IMG/VR virus record: IMGVR_UViG_3300030104_006883
Coordinates: 1-64,000 of that record
Length of the DNA: 64,000 nucleotides
Direction: 5' to 3' (one strand)
Source of the DNA: a virus
In this document: one piece after another, positions 44,682 through 55,245 of the stretch
Numbering within the stretch: the first letter of the stretch is position 1
How the letters are laid out: each line of letters opens with the position of its first letter
Translations under genes and position numbers: made by a program
The notes under the pieces: model-generated
Told to the model about the DNA's origin: nothing
Database searches by the model: none
Seen by the model: the letters and a program-made list of their open reading frames with translations, nothing else

Positions 44682-45682
44682 TACTTATAAGCTTTGGTAC
44701 AAGACCTGAATATATAAAAATAAAGCCTCTTCTAAAAGAATTTTCTAAACAAAAAGTTGATTATAAGCTGCTTTTAACGGGACAACACACGGACCTGCTG
44801 TCTTCTATTGAAGAAGATGTCGATAGACTAGAGATAATAGATGGTGATAGCAGGCTAGACTCGATCGTGTCCTCTGTAATGAATAATAATCACATTTTTG
44901 ATGGAGTAGACGCAGTACTTGTCCAAGGAGACACAACTTCTGCTTTCTCGATCGCTTTAGCGGCTTTTCATAGAAAAATAAAGATAATACATTTGGAGGC
45001 GGGCCTTAGAACTTACGATATGCTCAACCCTTACCCGGAAGAGTTTAATAGACAAGTTATATCTAGAATGTCTGACATAAACTTATGTCCGACTGAAGAG
45101 TCAAGTATCAATTTAAAACATGAGCGCGTAGGTGGCAAGACTTATGTTGTTGGGAATACTGTTTTAGATAACATTGTAGATATTGAGACGGAGTACACTA
45201 ACAAAGTTGTAATTACGATGCATCGGCGTGAAAACCATGAGCTAATCCCCGAATGGTTTCGCAAACTTGATGAGATAGCAAAAAACAACAAGCACTTGGA
45301 ATTTATATTACCAATCCATCCGAACCCTAATGTATATAAACATAAGGATTTACTACATCATGTAAAAGTGGTAAAACCAATGGAGTATAGTGAATTTATT
45401 AAACTTTTAGCATCTTGCAAGTTTGTAATTACTGACAGCGGTGGATTGCAAGAAGAATCCTCATTCTTTAGAAAGAAGTGTATTGTTTGTCGAAAAACAA
45501 CAGAGAGAATTGAAGGCATGGGTGTTTTTGCATTTTTGTGCATGGGAGTAGAGGACTTGCGTGGCCTTGTGCAGTGGGTAGACGAAGATCATATTCCGGA
45601 TGAAAAAGAAGTTTGTCCGTATGGAGATGGCAAGTCCGCTGAAAAAATATGTAAAATTTTAAGGCAAAACCATGGACTTTAA
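44678..45682 (+). CDS. wecB: UDP-N-acetylglucosamine 2-epimerase
   Basis: FGTRPE, TGQH, VQGDT, HLEAGLR, PEEFNR, HRREN, DSGGLQEE, PYGDG. Confidence 0.95.
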   Translation: MILISFGTRPEYIKIKPLLKEFSKQKVDYKLLLTGQHTDLLSSIEEDVDRLEIIDGDSRLDSIVSSVMNNNHIFDGVDAVLVQGDTTSAFSIALAAFHRKIKIIHLEAGLRTYDMLNPYPEEFNRQVISRMSDINLCPTEESSINLKHERVGGKTYVVGNTVLDNIVDIETEYTNKVVITMHRRENHELIPEWFRKLDEIAKNNKHLEFILPIHPNPNVYKHKDLLHHVKVVKPMEYSEFIKLLASCKFVITDSGGLQEESSFFRKKCIVCRKTTERIEGMGVFAFLCMGVEDLRGLVQWVDEDHIPDEKEVCPYGDGKSAEKICKILRQNHGL

Positions 45683-46448
45683 GACAGATTTCCATAGGCT
45701 GCTCGACAAGCTACAGAATGGTGAGAATTTTGCTTTTAGCAGGTTCTCAGACGGGGAAATTGCTATAATGCAGGGAAAGTTATTAGTTCTTGCTAGCGAT
45801 CGAGTTATTTTAGGAGAAACAGTATATAATTTTGGATATTCGGAGAATGACCACAAAGAGTTCGATCCAAAAAGAGACAAGTTTTTGACTGATAAATTAA
45901 TAGAGGCTTACAAGCATAAACAAGATAACTATTTTGTTGGGGGCATTTGTAGAAATTGCACTTGTGCTTCAAGTGAGTTTAAACCTTGGATGCGCGAGCT
46001 TTATGGACCTGACGACGAGCATGCGATGTCTGCAAATTTACTCGTTAATTCAAACTATCCGATGTTTATAAACCACTTCATACCACAACTAAAAAAACAT
46101 AACGTGATAATGATATGTAATGAAAACGCTAATTTAGAAAAACTACCTTTTGAAGTTGTGAAAGATTTTAGAGTTGGAAAAAACTGTATTGTAAATGATC
46201 ATCACTTGATTGATGATATAAAAAAATATATAAACGATAACGAGATAAAAGATCATGTTTTTTTGTTTTCTGCGAGCAGTTTGAGCGAGGTTTTAATTTA
46301 CGAACTTTTTAAACAGAATAGTGAAAATACCTATATTGATATTGGAACCACTTTGCATCCGTATATGGGCATGGAACTAGCTAGAGACTACTTGAGAGCA
46401 TATCATGGTGGTGGTTTCCATCCGGACTTGGTTAAAAGCTGTTCTTAG
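45672..46448 (+). CDS. GT-D fold (DUF1792-like) glycosyltransferase
   Basis: FSRFSDGE, YIDIGT. Confidence 0.6.
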   Translation: MDFKTDFHRLLDKLQNGENFAFSRFSDGEIAIMQGKLLVLASDRVILGETVYNFGYSENDHKEFDPKRDKFLTDKLIEAYKHKQDNYFVGGICRNCTCASSEFKPWMRELYGPDDEHAMSANLLVNSNYPMFINHFIPQLKKHNVIMICNENANLEKLPFEVVKDFRVGKNCIVNDHHLIDDIKKYINDNEIKDHVFLFSASSLSEVLIYELFKQNSENTYIDIGTTLHPYMGMELARDYLRAYHGGGFHPDLVKSCS

Positions 46449-46456
46449 GTAGTTTT

Positions 46457-46843
46457 ATGAAAGAATTTGTTTTAAATAATAGAAGATTTTGGGAGTTTAT
46501 TCGCCAGCTTAGAAATGACGAAAGAGTTAAGCATGGGTTTATAGAACAAGTGGAAATAACCAAAGAACAGCATGAAAAATACATGAATTTACATGGGGAT
46601 AAGTTTTATATTTGCCTAGTAGGACAGAAAGCGGCAGGGTATGTCGGAGTGATAGACAATGATATAAGAGTGGCAACGCATCCGGACTATCAAAAAAAAG
46701 GAGTTGCTCTTTACATGATAAACGAATTAATGAAGCTTCACCCCGAGGCCTTTGCGAAGGTTAAGGTGGGGAATGAAGCAAGCGTAGCCTTATTTGAAAA
46801 GGCTGGATTTAAGAAGAAATATTATATTTTGGAGAAACAATAA
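46457..46843 (+). CDS. GNAT acetyltransferase
   Basis: HPDYQKKGVA, NEASVALFEKAGF. Confidence 0.85.
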   Translation: MKEFVLNNRRFWEFIRQLRNDERVKHGFIEQVEITKEQHEKYMNLHGDKFYICLVGQKAAGYVGVIDNDIRVATHPDYQKKGVALYMINELMKLHPEAFAKVKVGNEASVALFEKAGFKKKYYILEKQ

Positions 46844-47718
46844 TGTATAGCTTAGTATTTGATATAGGGCACAACAAGTTTAGGTTTACGGAAAAATGCC
46901 TGGAGGCTAACCCTAGTTGCAATATAGTTGCAGTTGACGCAATAGATTTTAGTAAATGGGCTAAAGTTGACGACGAGAGCAGAAGGGATTTCAACGAAGC
47001 GATCGCTACATTATCACGTCTAAAATCTAAGTATGGAGACAGGATCCAAGTTTACAACAATATAGTAACCGATGAAGAGGGTTGCGAAGAGACCATTAAT
47101 ATACACACGGTTGCAACAGGAAAGTCGACAGCTATGGATATGGACGAACACATGGACCAGTCTCGGTTTTTCAACGGCAATAAATATATACTCGAAGAGT
47201 ATAATAACGTGATGACGACACATACTGGAATCAAGACGCCTCTTGAAGAATACATAATGGGGCTAAAACACAACTATGGTTCTGTAAAAAATGCGATTTC
47301 CACAGCCGCTTTGCCTTACTACCAAGAAGAAACGGTTTTAACCACAACACTAGATTCTCTAATCTCAAAAGAGGGAGTGCCTGATTTAATAAAAATAGAT
47401 GTGGAGGGCTACGAACACAAAGTAATCAAAGGCTTGACAGAGAAAGCGAACAAAATTTGTTTTGAATTTACTGAAGAGATGGACTATTGTTTGTATGAAT
47501 CTTTTCTTCACTTACAATCTTTGGGATATGAAAGCTTTGGAATTTGTGGATTTTTTGAAGAAGGGGACGGACATCGATATTTAACGTATGATTCTAATGG
47601 TGATACTCCTTTTAGAGAGCCTGAAGAATATTTTTCTATGGAATACGTTATGTTAGATTTGAGAAAAATATTGCACCCCAAAAGAAGAGTAAACTGGGGA
47701 ATGGCTTGGGTTAAATAA
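46843..47718 (+). CDS. FkbM-family methyltransferase
   Basis: VFDIG, LDSL..PDLIKIDVEGYEHKVIKG. Confidence 0.8.
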   Translation: MYSLVFDIGHNKFRFTEKCLEANPSCNIVAVDAIDFSKWAKVDDESRRDFNEAIATLSRLKSKYGDRIQVYNNIVTDEEGCEETINIHTVATGKSTAMDMDEHMDQSRFFNGNKYILEEYNNVMTTHTGIKTPLEEYIMGLKHNYGSVKNAISTAALPYYQEETVLTTTLDSLISKEGVPDLIKIDVEGYEHKVIKGLTEKANKICFEFTEEMDYCLYESFLHLQSLGYESFGICGFFEEGDGHRYLTYDSNGDTPFREPEEYFSMEYVMLDLRKILHPKRRVNWGMAWVK

Positions 47719-48338
47719 TGCTTCACAACCCATACAAAGTAGTACAAATGTTCGAAGAAGAGATCGCTCACTATACGGGAGCCCCCTATGCTGTCTCTGT
47801 CAATAGCTGCACTAATGCTTTATTTTTGGCTTGTAAATGGGCAGGGGTGGAAGGAGAGGAGGTTGTACTTCCAAAGAGAACCTATCTATCCCCGCCGCAA
47901 TCAGTTATGCAAGCGGGCGGCAAGTTAATATTTGAAGATCTAGATTGGCAAGGAATCTACCAACTTAAGCCGTTCCCAATCTACGATGCTGCGAAGAGGC
48001 TAACATCAAATATGTATATTCCCGGCACTCTTATGTGCTTATCTTTCCATATTAAGAAACATTTAAAAATAGGCAAAGGAGGCATGATTCTTTGCGATGA
48101 TATTGATGCTGTTAAGTGGCTAAAAGCTAGAAGATATGAAGGAAGGACAGATGGGATGAAATACCACGAAGACATGATTGATGAAGAGGGGTGGAATATG
48201 TATATGACACCTGAGCAAGCGGCAAGAGGATTAACTTTAATGCAAAATTATCCGGAGCACATGCCGGATATACCGGAAGATCCTCCGTATAGAGATCTGA
48301 CAGAATTTGAATTATTTAAAGATATAGAGGTAAGATAA
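47718..48338 (+). CDS. Short DegT/DnrJ-family PLP-dependent aminotransferase
   Basis: SCTNALFLA, YDAA, SFHIKK, GGMI, GWNMYM. Confidence 0.8.
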   Translation: MLHNPYKVVQMFEEEIAHYTGAPYAVSVNSCTNALFLACKWAGVEGEEVVLPKRTYLSPPQSVMQAGGKLIFEDLDWQGIYQLKPFPIYDAAKRLTSNMYIPGTLMCLSFHIKKHLKIGKGGMILCDDIDAVKWLKARRYEGRTDGMKYHEDMIDEEGWNMYMTPEQAARGLTLMQNYPEHMPDIPEDPPYRDLTEFELFKDIEVR

Positions 48339-49066
48339 TGAAAGCGCCTGAAACTATACCATTTATGATGTTTGATAAATACTGCATGAGCGGCGATGCA
48401 AAAATAGAGTACGCCTACAGGAATGACTGTGGAGATGAAACTCAGTCGCTTATTAACAACAATTTCACAAAAGAAGTGTTTGAAAAATCAATAGAAAGAA
48501 TTAAAAACAAAGAGCAAAACTATTACGGACCAACTGATACTTGGATGTATGAAGCACTAGAAAAGTATCCTATAAAAGATAAGCATGTAGTCATATTTGG
48601 ATCAACACACCCTTGGTATGAAGCAATGGCGATATCTTATGGCGCTTCTAAGTGTACTGTAATAGAATACTCTAAAAGAGAAAGTTTTCATGACAGTATA
48701 GAGTATATCCAACCACACGAGGTAGGAGACAACAAATATGACGTTTGCTTCTCTATATCTTCATTTGAACACGATGGGCTTGGTAGGTATGGAGATCCTT
48801 TAGATCCGGAAGGAGATCTTAAGGCAATGATCGCTGCCAAAGATAGAATACACAAAGATGGAATAATGTTTCTTTCTGTCCCAACTGGGTATGATAAGGT
48901 AGTTTTTAATCTTCATAGAGTTTATGGCCAAAAGAGGTTGCCAATGCTTTTGGAAAAGTGGGAAAAGATAGATGCTTTTGGAGAGGATCCAAACATGTTA
49001 ACCAATGATTTTAACGGGGTGAACGGATCCCCTTACCAGCCCATATTGGTGGTTAAAAATACATAA
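48338..49066 (+). CDS. DUF268-like SAM-dependent methyltransferase
   Basis: SSFEHDGLGRYGDPLDPEGD, HRVYG. Confidence 0.8.
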   Translation: MKAPETIPFMMFDKYCMSGDAKIEYAYRNDCGDETQSLINNNFTKEVFEKSIERIKNKEQNYYGPTDTWMYEALEKYPIKDKHVVIFGSTHPWYEAMAISYGASKCTVIEYSKRESFHDSIEYIQPHEVGDNKYDVCFSISSFEHDGLGRYGDPLDPEGDLKAMIAAKDRIHKDGIMFLSVPTGYDKVVFNLHRVYGQKRLPMLLEKWEKIDAFGEDPNMLTNDFNGVNGSPYQPILVVKNT

Positions 49067-49938
49067 TGATTACTTTTAGTCAATTAGGTATGCTAGGAAG
49101 GCTTGGCAACCAATTATATCAATATGCAACAGCAAAGTCCGTAGCGATTAAAACTGGCAACGTTTTAAAAATTCCCAATCCAGAACATATGTCTTGGCAC
49201 GGTCAAAAATGTTTGCTCAAAAATTTTAAAATTGAGTGTGAGTACCTGGAACTAAGCGAATACAACAATATACAAGCAAGATTTGTAGAGCCTGATCACA
49301 TGAAGTGGTACCCTGAAATTTTTAATGTACCTTCCAACACTGACCTATATGGATTCTTTCAAAGTGTTTATTATTTCCAAGATATCGAAGATCAGGTAAA
49401 AAAAGAATTTATGCTCTTAGATCATTTAGAGAGAGAGGCCGAGGAATACATTAGCTCTTTAAAGGAAGATGGTAGTGAAATTGTTAGTCTTCATGCACGT
49501 CGAGGAGACAACACGGACGGAACAAATCCTGAACTAGGACACTACTATGGCGAAAATGACATTTTTACCTGGGACAGTATATTCGGCAGATATTTTAAAG
49601 AGGCAAAGACTAAATTCAAAGATAAAAAGGTAAAGTACCTTGTCTTTACCGGCGGCAGCAGAGGACAGCTTGGAAACGAAAAGGATGTAGAGTGGTGTAA
49701 AAATAATATAAATGGTGAAAATATTTTATATTGTGAAGGTAAAGATGATATAATGGACTTTGCGATTATGAAGGCTTGTGACCATAATATTACTTGCCAC
49801 AATACATCGTTTGGATGGTGGGCTGCTTACTTAAATAATAACAAAGAAAAGATAGTCGTAGCGCCTAAAAATTATTTTGTTGATGACCCTAGCGCACACA
49901 GGGAAGGGCAAACACCGGAAGACTGGCATCTTGTATAG
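49066..49938 (+). CDS. GT11 alpha-1,2-fucosyltransferase-like
   Basis: GRLGNQLYQY, HARRGD, NTSFGWWAAYL. Confidence 0.9.
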   Translation: MITFSQLGMLGRLGNQLYQYATAKSVAIKTGNVLKIPNPEHMSWHGQKCLLKNFKIECEYLELSEYNNIQARFVEPDHMKWYPEIFNVPSNTDLYGFFQSVYYFQDIEDQVKKEFMLLDHLEREAEEYISSLKEDGSEIVSLHARRGDNTDGTNPELGHYYGENDIFTWDSIFGRYFKEAKTKFKDKKVKYLVFTGGSRGQLGNEKDVEWCKNNINGENILYCEGKDDIMDFAIMKACDHNITCHNTSFGWWAAYLNNNKEKIVVAPKNYFVDDPSAHREGQTPEDWHLV

Positions 49939-49947
49939 GAGCTAACA

Positions 49948-51063
49948 ATGAACAAGGCATCGGTAATAGGGATCGGAAGATTAGGTCTCTGTTTTTCTTT
50001 AACACTTGAGAGAGCATCATACGATGTGGTTGGGGTGGACGTAAACCAGGACTACGTTGATCTAGTCAATTCTAAACGATTGTCTAGTGTTGAGCCAAAC
50101 GTGGAAGAGTATCTTCAAGAGTCCAAGAATTTTAAAGCTACCACAGATCTTGAGGAGGCGGTAGACTTTTCAAACCTTCTGTTTGTTGTTGTGGCAACCC
50201 CGTCTCTAGACAATGGTAGATATGACCATTCTCAAGTAGATGCACTAGCGGAAGCACTAGTTGAGCTTGGACCAAGGGAAGAAATAAAGCACTTGGTTAT
50301 TTGCTGCACAACTATGCCTGGATATTGCGATACGGTGCAGGAGAAGCTTAAAGGTCTTAACTATGTTGTTAGCTACAATCCGGAGTTTATCGCACAGGGA
50401 AGTATTTTAAGAGACCAATTACAGCCGGATATGGTGCTGATAGGTGAGGGAAACAAAGACGCCGGTATGCTTATAGAGAAAGCATACCGAGACATGACAA
50501 CCAATGCTCCCTTTATACATAAAATGAGCAGAACCGAAGCTGAGTTAACTAAGATATCTTTGAATTGCTTTCTAACAACCAAAATTGCTTTTGCGAACAT
50601 GGTAGGAGATATTGCTATAGCTTCCGGGTGCAACCCACAAAAAATTCTAAACGCCATAGGGGCAGACTCTAGAATTGGTCTAAAATATCTTGGGTACGGT
50701 TTTGGCTACGGAGGCCCTTGTTTCCCGAGAGACAACAGAGCTTTGGCTATCTATGCAAGTGATAAAAATATTAAAGCCCTTATTAGCCTCGCTTCAGATG
50801 AAAGCAACCGGGAGCACCTCAAATTTCAAGTCGAAGATTTTTGTAAAAAAGCAAGAACTGACGTAGTATCCTTCGATTCAGTGACGTATAAGCCGAATAC
50901 TACGATTATCGAAGAGTCGCAGCAGCTAGAATATGCGGCACAAATAGCAAAAAAAGGGTTTACTGTTGTAATTAAAGAATCTAAAGAAGTTGTTAACAAG
51001 CTTAAAGAAAAGTTTGGCAATCTTTTTGTCTATCAAGAGAGAGGCTTTAATAACGATGAATAA
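49948..51063 (+). CDS. UDP-glucose/GDP-mannose dehydrogenase family
   Basis: GIGRLG, VATP, YNPEF, KISLN, GYGGPCFPRD. Confidence 0.9.
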   Translation: MNKASVIGIGRLGLCFSLTLERASYDVVGVDVNQDYVDLVNSKRLSSVEPNVEEYLQESKNFKATTDLEEAVDFSNLLFVVVATPSLDNGRYDHSQVDALAEALVELGPREEIKHLVICCTTMPGYCDTVQEKLKGLNYVVSYNPEFIAQGSILRDQLQPDMVLIGEGNKDAGMLIEKAYRDMTTNAPFIHKMSRTEAELTKISLNCFLTTKIAFANMVGDIAIASGCNPQKILNAIGADSRIGLKYLGYGFGYGGPCFPRDNRALAIYASDKNIKALISLASDESNREHLKFQVEDFCKKARTDVVSFDSVTYKPNTTIIEESQQLEYAAQIAKKGFTVVIKESKEVVNKLKEKFGNLFVYQERGFNNDE

Positions 51064-51835
51064 TAAACAGATAGTAGATTTTATAACAACATGGCTTGAT
51101 AGTGTTGTTGAAAGTGCCTCTTGTGATGGCTTTATTGTTGGCGTATCTGGAGGTATTGATTCTGCACTAACCTCTACCTTGGCGGCAAATACAGGTAGAA
51201 ATGTTTTGCTTCTAAATATGCCTATTTCTCAAGAAAAGGGACAATATGGCAGATCTAACGAGCAGATTGAGTGGCTAAAGCAAAAATATGAAAACGTAAG
51301 CTCTTATGAAATAGATCTAACTGACTCATTTAATATCTTCGTAGATACTATGTCGGCAACAAACCCAACAAAGCTTGCAATTGCGAACTCTGCCTCTAGG
51401 CTAAGAATGATGACTCTCTATGCTTGTGCAAACTCAAAAAATTATATGGTTGTCGGCACTGGAAACAAAGTGGAGGATTATGGTATAGGATTTTTTACTA
51501 AGTACGGCGACGGAGGAGTGGATGTAAGTCCTATAGCGGACTTGTTAAAATCGCAAGTTTATGAACTAGCGTCTTACATGGGAGTTCCGAAATCTATACA
51601 AAACGCTACACCAACTGATGGCCTTTGGGAAGATAATAGATCGGATGAGGACCAGATAGGCGCATCTTATGATGAGTTAGAGTGGGCTCTTGAATACAAC
51701 GATTCTGGTGCCGAAGAGCAGCTTTCTGAAAGACAAAAAAGAGTTCTTGAAGTATATAAACAAAGGCATTATAGTACTAAGCACAAGCTTCAAATGCCGC
51801 CTGTTTGTGAAATACCTAAACATTTAAAAGGATAA
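51056..51835 (+). CDS. nadE: NH3-dependent NAD+ synthetase
   Basis: GVSGGIDS, SRLRM, GTGNKVE, FFTKYGDG, PTDGLW, DEDQIG, HK. Confidence 0.92.
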   Translation: MNNKQIVDFITTWLDSVVESASCDGFIVGVSGGIDSALTSTLAANTGRNVLLLNMPISQEKGQYGRSNEQIEWLKQKYENVSSYEIDLTDSFNIFVDTMSATNPTKLAIANSASRLRMMTLYACANSKNYMVVGTGNKVEDYGIGFFTKYGDGGVDVSPIADLLKSQVYELASYMGVPKSIQNATPTDGLWEDNRSDEDQIGASYDELEWALEYNDSGAEEQLSERQKRVLEVYKQRHYSTKHKLQMPPVCEIPKHLKG

Positions 51836-51839
51836 CGTG

Positions 51840-52853
51840 ATGAAAAGAGCCTTAGTTTGTGGAGCCGGTGGGTTTATCGGTGGCCATCTTGTAAAATACC
51901 TTAAAGACAAGGGATATTGGGTGAGAGGGGTAGACTTAAAGTTTAATGAGTATCACCCGGTACATGAATATGCGGACGACTTTGTTATTGGAGACTTGAG
52001 AGATCCTCACGTTGTTGCTAGTGTAGTTGATGAAGACATGGATGAAGTTTATCAACTTGCGGCAGATATGGGCGGCGCTGGATTTGTTTTTACTGGCGAG
52101 AACGATGCCGATATTATGCACAATTCTGCTTTAATCAATTTGAACATGGTTCATGAAGCGACTAGCAAGCGCGTGAAGAAGATCTTTTATTCGTCTTCCG
52201 CCTGTATGTATCCGGAGCACAATCAATTAGACCCAGATAATCCAAATTGTGTTGAAGACTCTGCGTATCCGGCAAACCCGGACTCTGAGTATGGTTGGGA
52301 AAAGCTTTTTTCTGAGCGACTTTACTTGGCTTTTATGAAGAATAAAGGTATAGAAGTCAGAGTAGCTAGATATCATAATATTTTTGGCCCATGCGGCACT
52401 TGGGATGGCGGGAGAGAGAAGGCTCCCGCAGCGATGTGTAGGAAGGCAGCTAAGGCGAAAGATAGAGGTTTAATCGAAGTGTGGGGGCCTGGGAATCAAA
52501 CAAGGTCCTTTCTTTATGTTGATGAGTGTGTAGAGGCTACATATCGGCTTATGCAATCGGATTTCACCGGCCCGGTAAACATTGGCTCGGAAGAAATGAT
52601 CTCTATTAATGATTTTGCCCAAATGGCTATTGATATATCTGGTAAGAACCTGACAATTTACAACATTGACGGACAAGAATTTGAAAATAAATATGGTCAC
52701 AAGTGCCCCATTGGAGTAAACGGAAGAAATTCTGACAATAAGCTATACGCGGAAAAGATTGGCTGGCAAGTCTCTCAACCACTTTTAGATGGAATGAAAG
52801 AAACTTATAGTTGGGTACAAGAACAGGTGGAGAGTGTAGATGAAGATCGTTGA
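51840..52853 (+). CDS. GDP-mannose 3,5-epimerase-like NAD-dependent epimerase
   Basis: GAGGFIG, LAADMGG, YGWEK, REKAPAA, RSFLYVDEC, GRNSDN. Confidence 0.85.
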   Translation: MKRALVCGAGGFIGGHLVKYLKDKGYWVRGVDLKFNEYHPVHEYADDFVIGDLRDPHVVASVVDEDMDEVYQLAADMGGAGFVFTGENDADIMHNSALINLNMVHEATSKRVKKIFYSSSACMYPEHNQLDPDNPNCVEDSAYPANPDSEYGWEKLFSERLYLAFMKNKGIEVRVARYHNIFGPCGTWDGGREKAPAAMCRKAAKAKDRGLIEVWGPGNQTRSFLYVDECVEATYRLMQSDFTGPVNIGSEEMISINDFAQMAIDISGKNLTIYNIDGQEFENKYGHKCPIGVNGRNSDNKLYAEKIGWQVSQPLLDGMKETYSWVQEQVESVDEDR

Positions 52854-53799
52854 GGATTGGGGTAGTACTTATGGAGATGCGATTAACCACTATTGGCGTT
52901 TTGAAGATTTTTCAGAAGATGATGGTAAAAATATATTTTTTTTAGGACTTTCCACATCTACTTCTGAATTCAAAGAAAAATATAAAAATTATGAAAACAA
53001 AATGTTTTTTAACACCGAGCACCCCTGCGCCTTTTATGATACAGACCGTAAGATTATAGCTCGAAGCGCTAATTTAGATGGATATTACTCAAAAATTTTC
53101 ACACAAGACCCATACTCTGCCGCATGGTTAAACGAACTACAAGGTAGGGATACTTTTACTTTGCTATACCCAACACCAATTAATAAAAAATATATTGTAG
53201 AAAAGAAACAACAAAAGGAGTATGATGTTTTATATTGGGGAGGGATACACAGCCAAGTACATGTAGACATACTAGATGCAATGAAAGATTTTAAGTATAA
53301 CTTCCTATCTTTAGGACCCGCTCATTGGGGAATTCAGCATATGCCGACGGCTAATTTAATGACGCATCAAAACGCACCAAGAGAAGAAATGTGGCACTTG
53401 ATAAGAAAAACGAAAATAAATGTTATGGCGAACTTGCTTTTTTTAAACCCTGCACATGTGAGTAGAATTAAAAAAATAAAGGGATGGGAGAAAAATGAAG
53501 CTTTTTCACATCTTGATTTGGGTATCCTCCCACAAATAAAATCAAGACCATTCGAATCGGCGGTTAATAGATGCTTAATGCTTGTTAAAAGAAATCCTTG
53601 GAATATAATCGAATATTGGTTTGAGCCTGATAAGGAGTTTGTCTACTATGACAACGAAGAGGACCTGCCTGAAATTATAAACGGAATATTGTCGAATTGG
53701 GAGCATTATGAGAATATAATTGATAATGCTTTTGAAAAAGCAATAAATAACTATACAATTGACCACTTTATGGAAATAGTGAAGGGAGAGTGCATATGA
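52840..53799 (+). CDS. Glycosyltransferase-like protein
   Basis: RPFES...FEPDKEFVYY GT-B C-terminal pattern. Confidence 0.6.
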   Translation: MKIVEDWGSTYGDAINHYWRFEDFSEDDGKNIFFLGLSTSTSEFKEKYKNYENKMFFNTEHPCAFYDTDRKIIARSANLDGYYSKIFTQDPYSAAWLNELQGRDTFTLLYPTPINKKYIVEKKQQKEYDVLYWGGIHSQVHVDILDAMKDFKYNFLSLGPAHWGIQHMPTANLMTHQNAPREEMWHLIRKTKINVMANLLFLNPAHVSRIKKIKGWEKNEAFSHLDLGILPQIKSRPFESAVNRCLMLVKRNPWNIIEYWFEPDKEFVYYDNEEDLPEIINGILSNWEHYENIIDNAFEKAINNYTIDHFMEIVKGECI

Positions 53800-54206
53800 G
53801 TGATAGAAAATATCTACCGACTTTATCGGAGCTAGTTGATCGGCTTTCAATAGTGCAGCTTAAAGAAGTCTTCATAACAGAACATAAGGAAGAGTATGCC
53901 AAAGAGATAGAGGCAATAGTTCACGATATACAACTAATCTTAGACGAGTGTGAGCAGATAGATGCAGAGACGATTCGTGCAATTGTTGTGTTATCACAAA
54001 TGAACTTGCATATTTGGCATAATGAATCAAACTATCGAAAAGGAATTAAAGATGGTAACAACCTTGAATTGACCCATGGATTGAACGGTATCAGAAATGT
54101 AGCGAAGAACAAAATCCAAGAATTGAACGGGGGCAGGAAGGACTACAAGATAGACTGCTTGGCGGCAGAGTTCGAAGATTGGGAGATCTCTTGGAAAAAG
54201 GAATAA
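53796..54206 (+). CDS. Conserved helical hypothetical protein
   Basis: LPTLSELVDRL...NLHIWHNE. Confidence 0.7.
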   Translation: MSDRKYLPTLSELVDRLSIVQLKEVFITEHKEEYAKEIEAIVHDIQLILDECEQIDAETIRAIVVLSQMNLHIWHNESNYRKGIKDGNNLELTHGLNGIRNVAKNKIQELNGGRKDYKIDCLAAEFEDWEISWKKE

Positions 54207-54682
54207 TATACGATGTGCTTGAGCACTCCCCGGACGCGTATACAGACTATAGAGGCGACCTGTGGACTCTCTGGCAGGCTGGAGTTAGCGAGCTTGATTT
54301 ACCCTACAATCATGACAAAGTGTCTACTTCTAGAAAGAATGTTCTCCGTGGAATACATGGAGATTTTAAGTCTCATAAACTTATTACATGCTTGTACGGA
54401 GAGATATATTTTGTTATAGTTGATAATAGGAAAGAGTCGCCGACATATAGACAGTGGGACTCTACTATATTGAGTGATAAAAATAGAAAACAAATTTTGC
54501 TGCCCCCTGGAGTAGGCAATGGTTTTTTGGTTCTGAGCGATAACTCTGTATTTCATTACAAATGGTATTATTATGGAGATTATCCTGATGTAGGGGACCA
54601 GTTTAGTATAAAATGGAACGACAGCGAGTTGGGCATTAACTGGCCTATCGGCAATCCGATTCTTTCCCCAAGAGACGCATAA
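54179..54682 (+). CDS. rmlC: dTDP-4-dehydrorhamnose 3,5-epimerase family
   Basis: DYRG, NVLRGIH, VDNRKESPTY, GNGF, IGNPILSPRD. Confidence 0.88.
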   Translation: MGDLLEKGIIYDVLEHSPDAYTDYRGDLWTLWQAGVSELDLPYNHDKVSTSRKNVLRGIHGDFKSHKLITCLYGEIYFVIVDNRKESPTYRQWDSTILSDKNRKQILLPPGVGNGFLVLSDNSVFHYKWYYYGDYPDVGDQFSIKWNDSELGINWPIGNPILSPRDA

Positions 54683-54702
54683 AATTTTAAAAGGAAAATA
54701 AA

Positions 54703-55242
54703 ATGAAAAAAGCACTTATTCTTACACACGCTGGGTTTCAAGACCACGAAGTAATTTATCCATATCATAGTCTAAAAGAGAACAACTTTGAAGTTACTGT
54801 TGTAGCTAACCAGCTAGGAAGGTTTTACGGTATTCTAGGTTGTCATATGGTTTGTGATGTCTTAACAACAGACTTCAACGACTCTAAAGAAAGAGCAAAA
54901 TATTTAGAGTATGATTTATTAGTTGTTCCAGGGGGTGTGAAGGCACTAGAAAAGCTAAGGCTAGAAGAGGGAATAGTTGAATTTGTTCGTGAATGGAATG
55001 AACTAGATAAGACTATCTTCTCCCTATGTAACGGCGCTCAACTGCTCATTACGGCAGATGTTGTCAGGGGCAAGACCGTATCAGGGTATTATGCTATTGA
55101 AGCGGACATTAATAATGCGGGAGCGACTTATCATAGAGGCCCTGTTGTTGTTGATAGTAATATAGTCTCTTCCCCACATTATGATTTTATGGGAGAGTGG
55201 ATGAGAACTGGATATCAAACACTTGAGGAAAGAGGCAAGTAG
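54703..55242 (+). CDS. PfpI/DJ-1 family protein
   Basis: FQDHE, VPGG, LCNG nucleophile. Confidence 0.85.
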   Translation: MKKALILTHAGFQDHEVIYPYHSLKENNFEVTVVANQLGRFYGILGCHMVCDVLTTDFNDSKERAKYLEYDLLVVPGGVKALEKLRLEEGIVEFVREWNELDKTIFSLCNGAQLLITADVVRGKTVSGYYAIEADINNAGATYHRGPVVVDSNIVSSPHYDFMGEWMRTGYQTLEERGK

Positions 55243-55245
55243 CTT

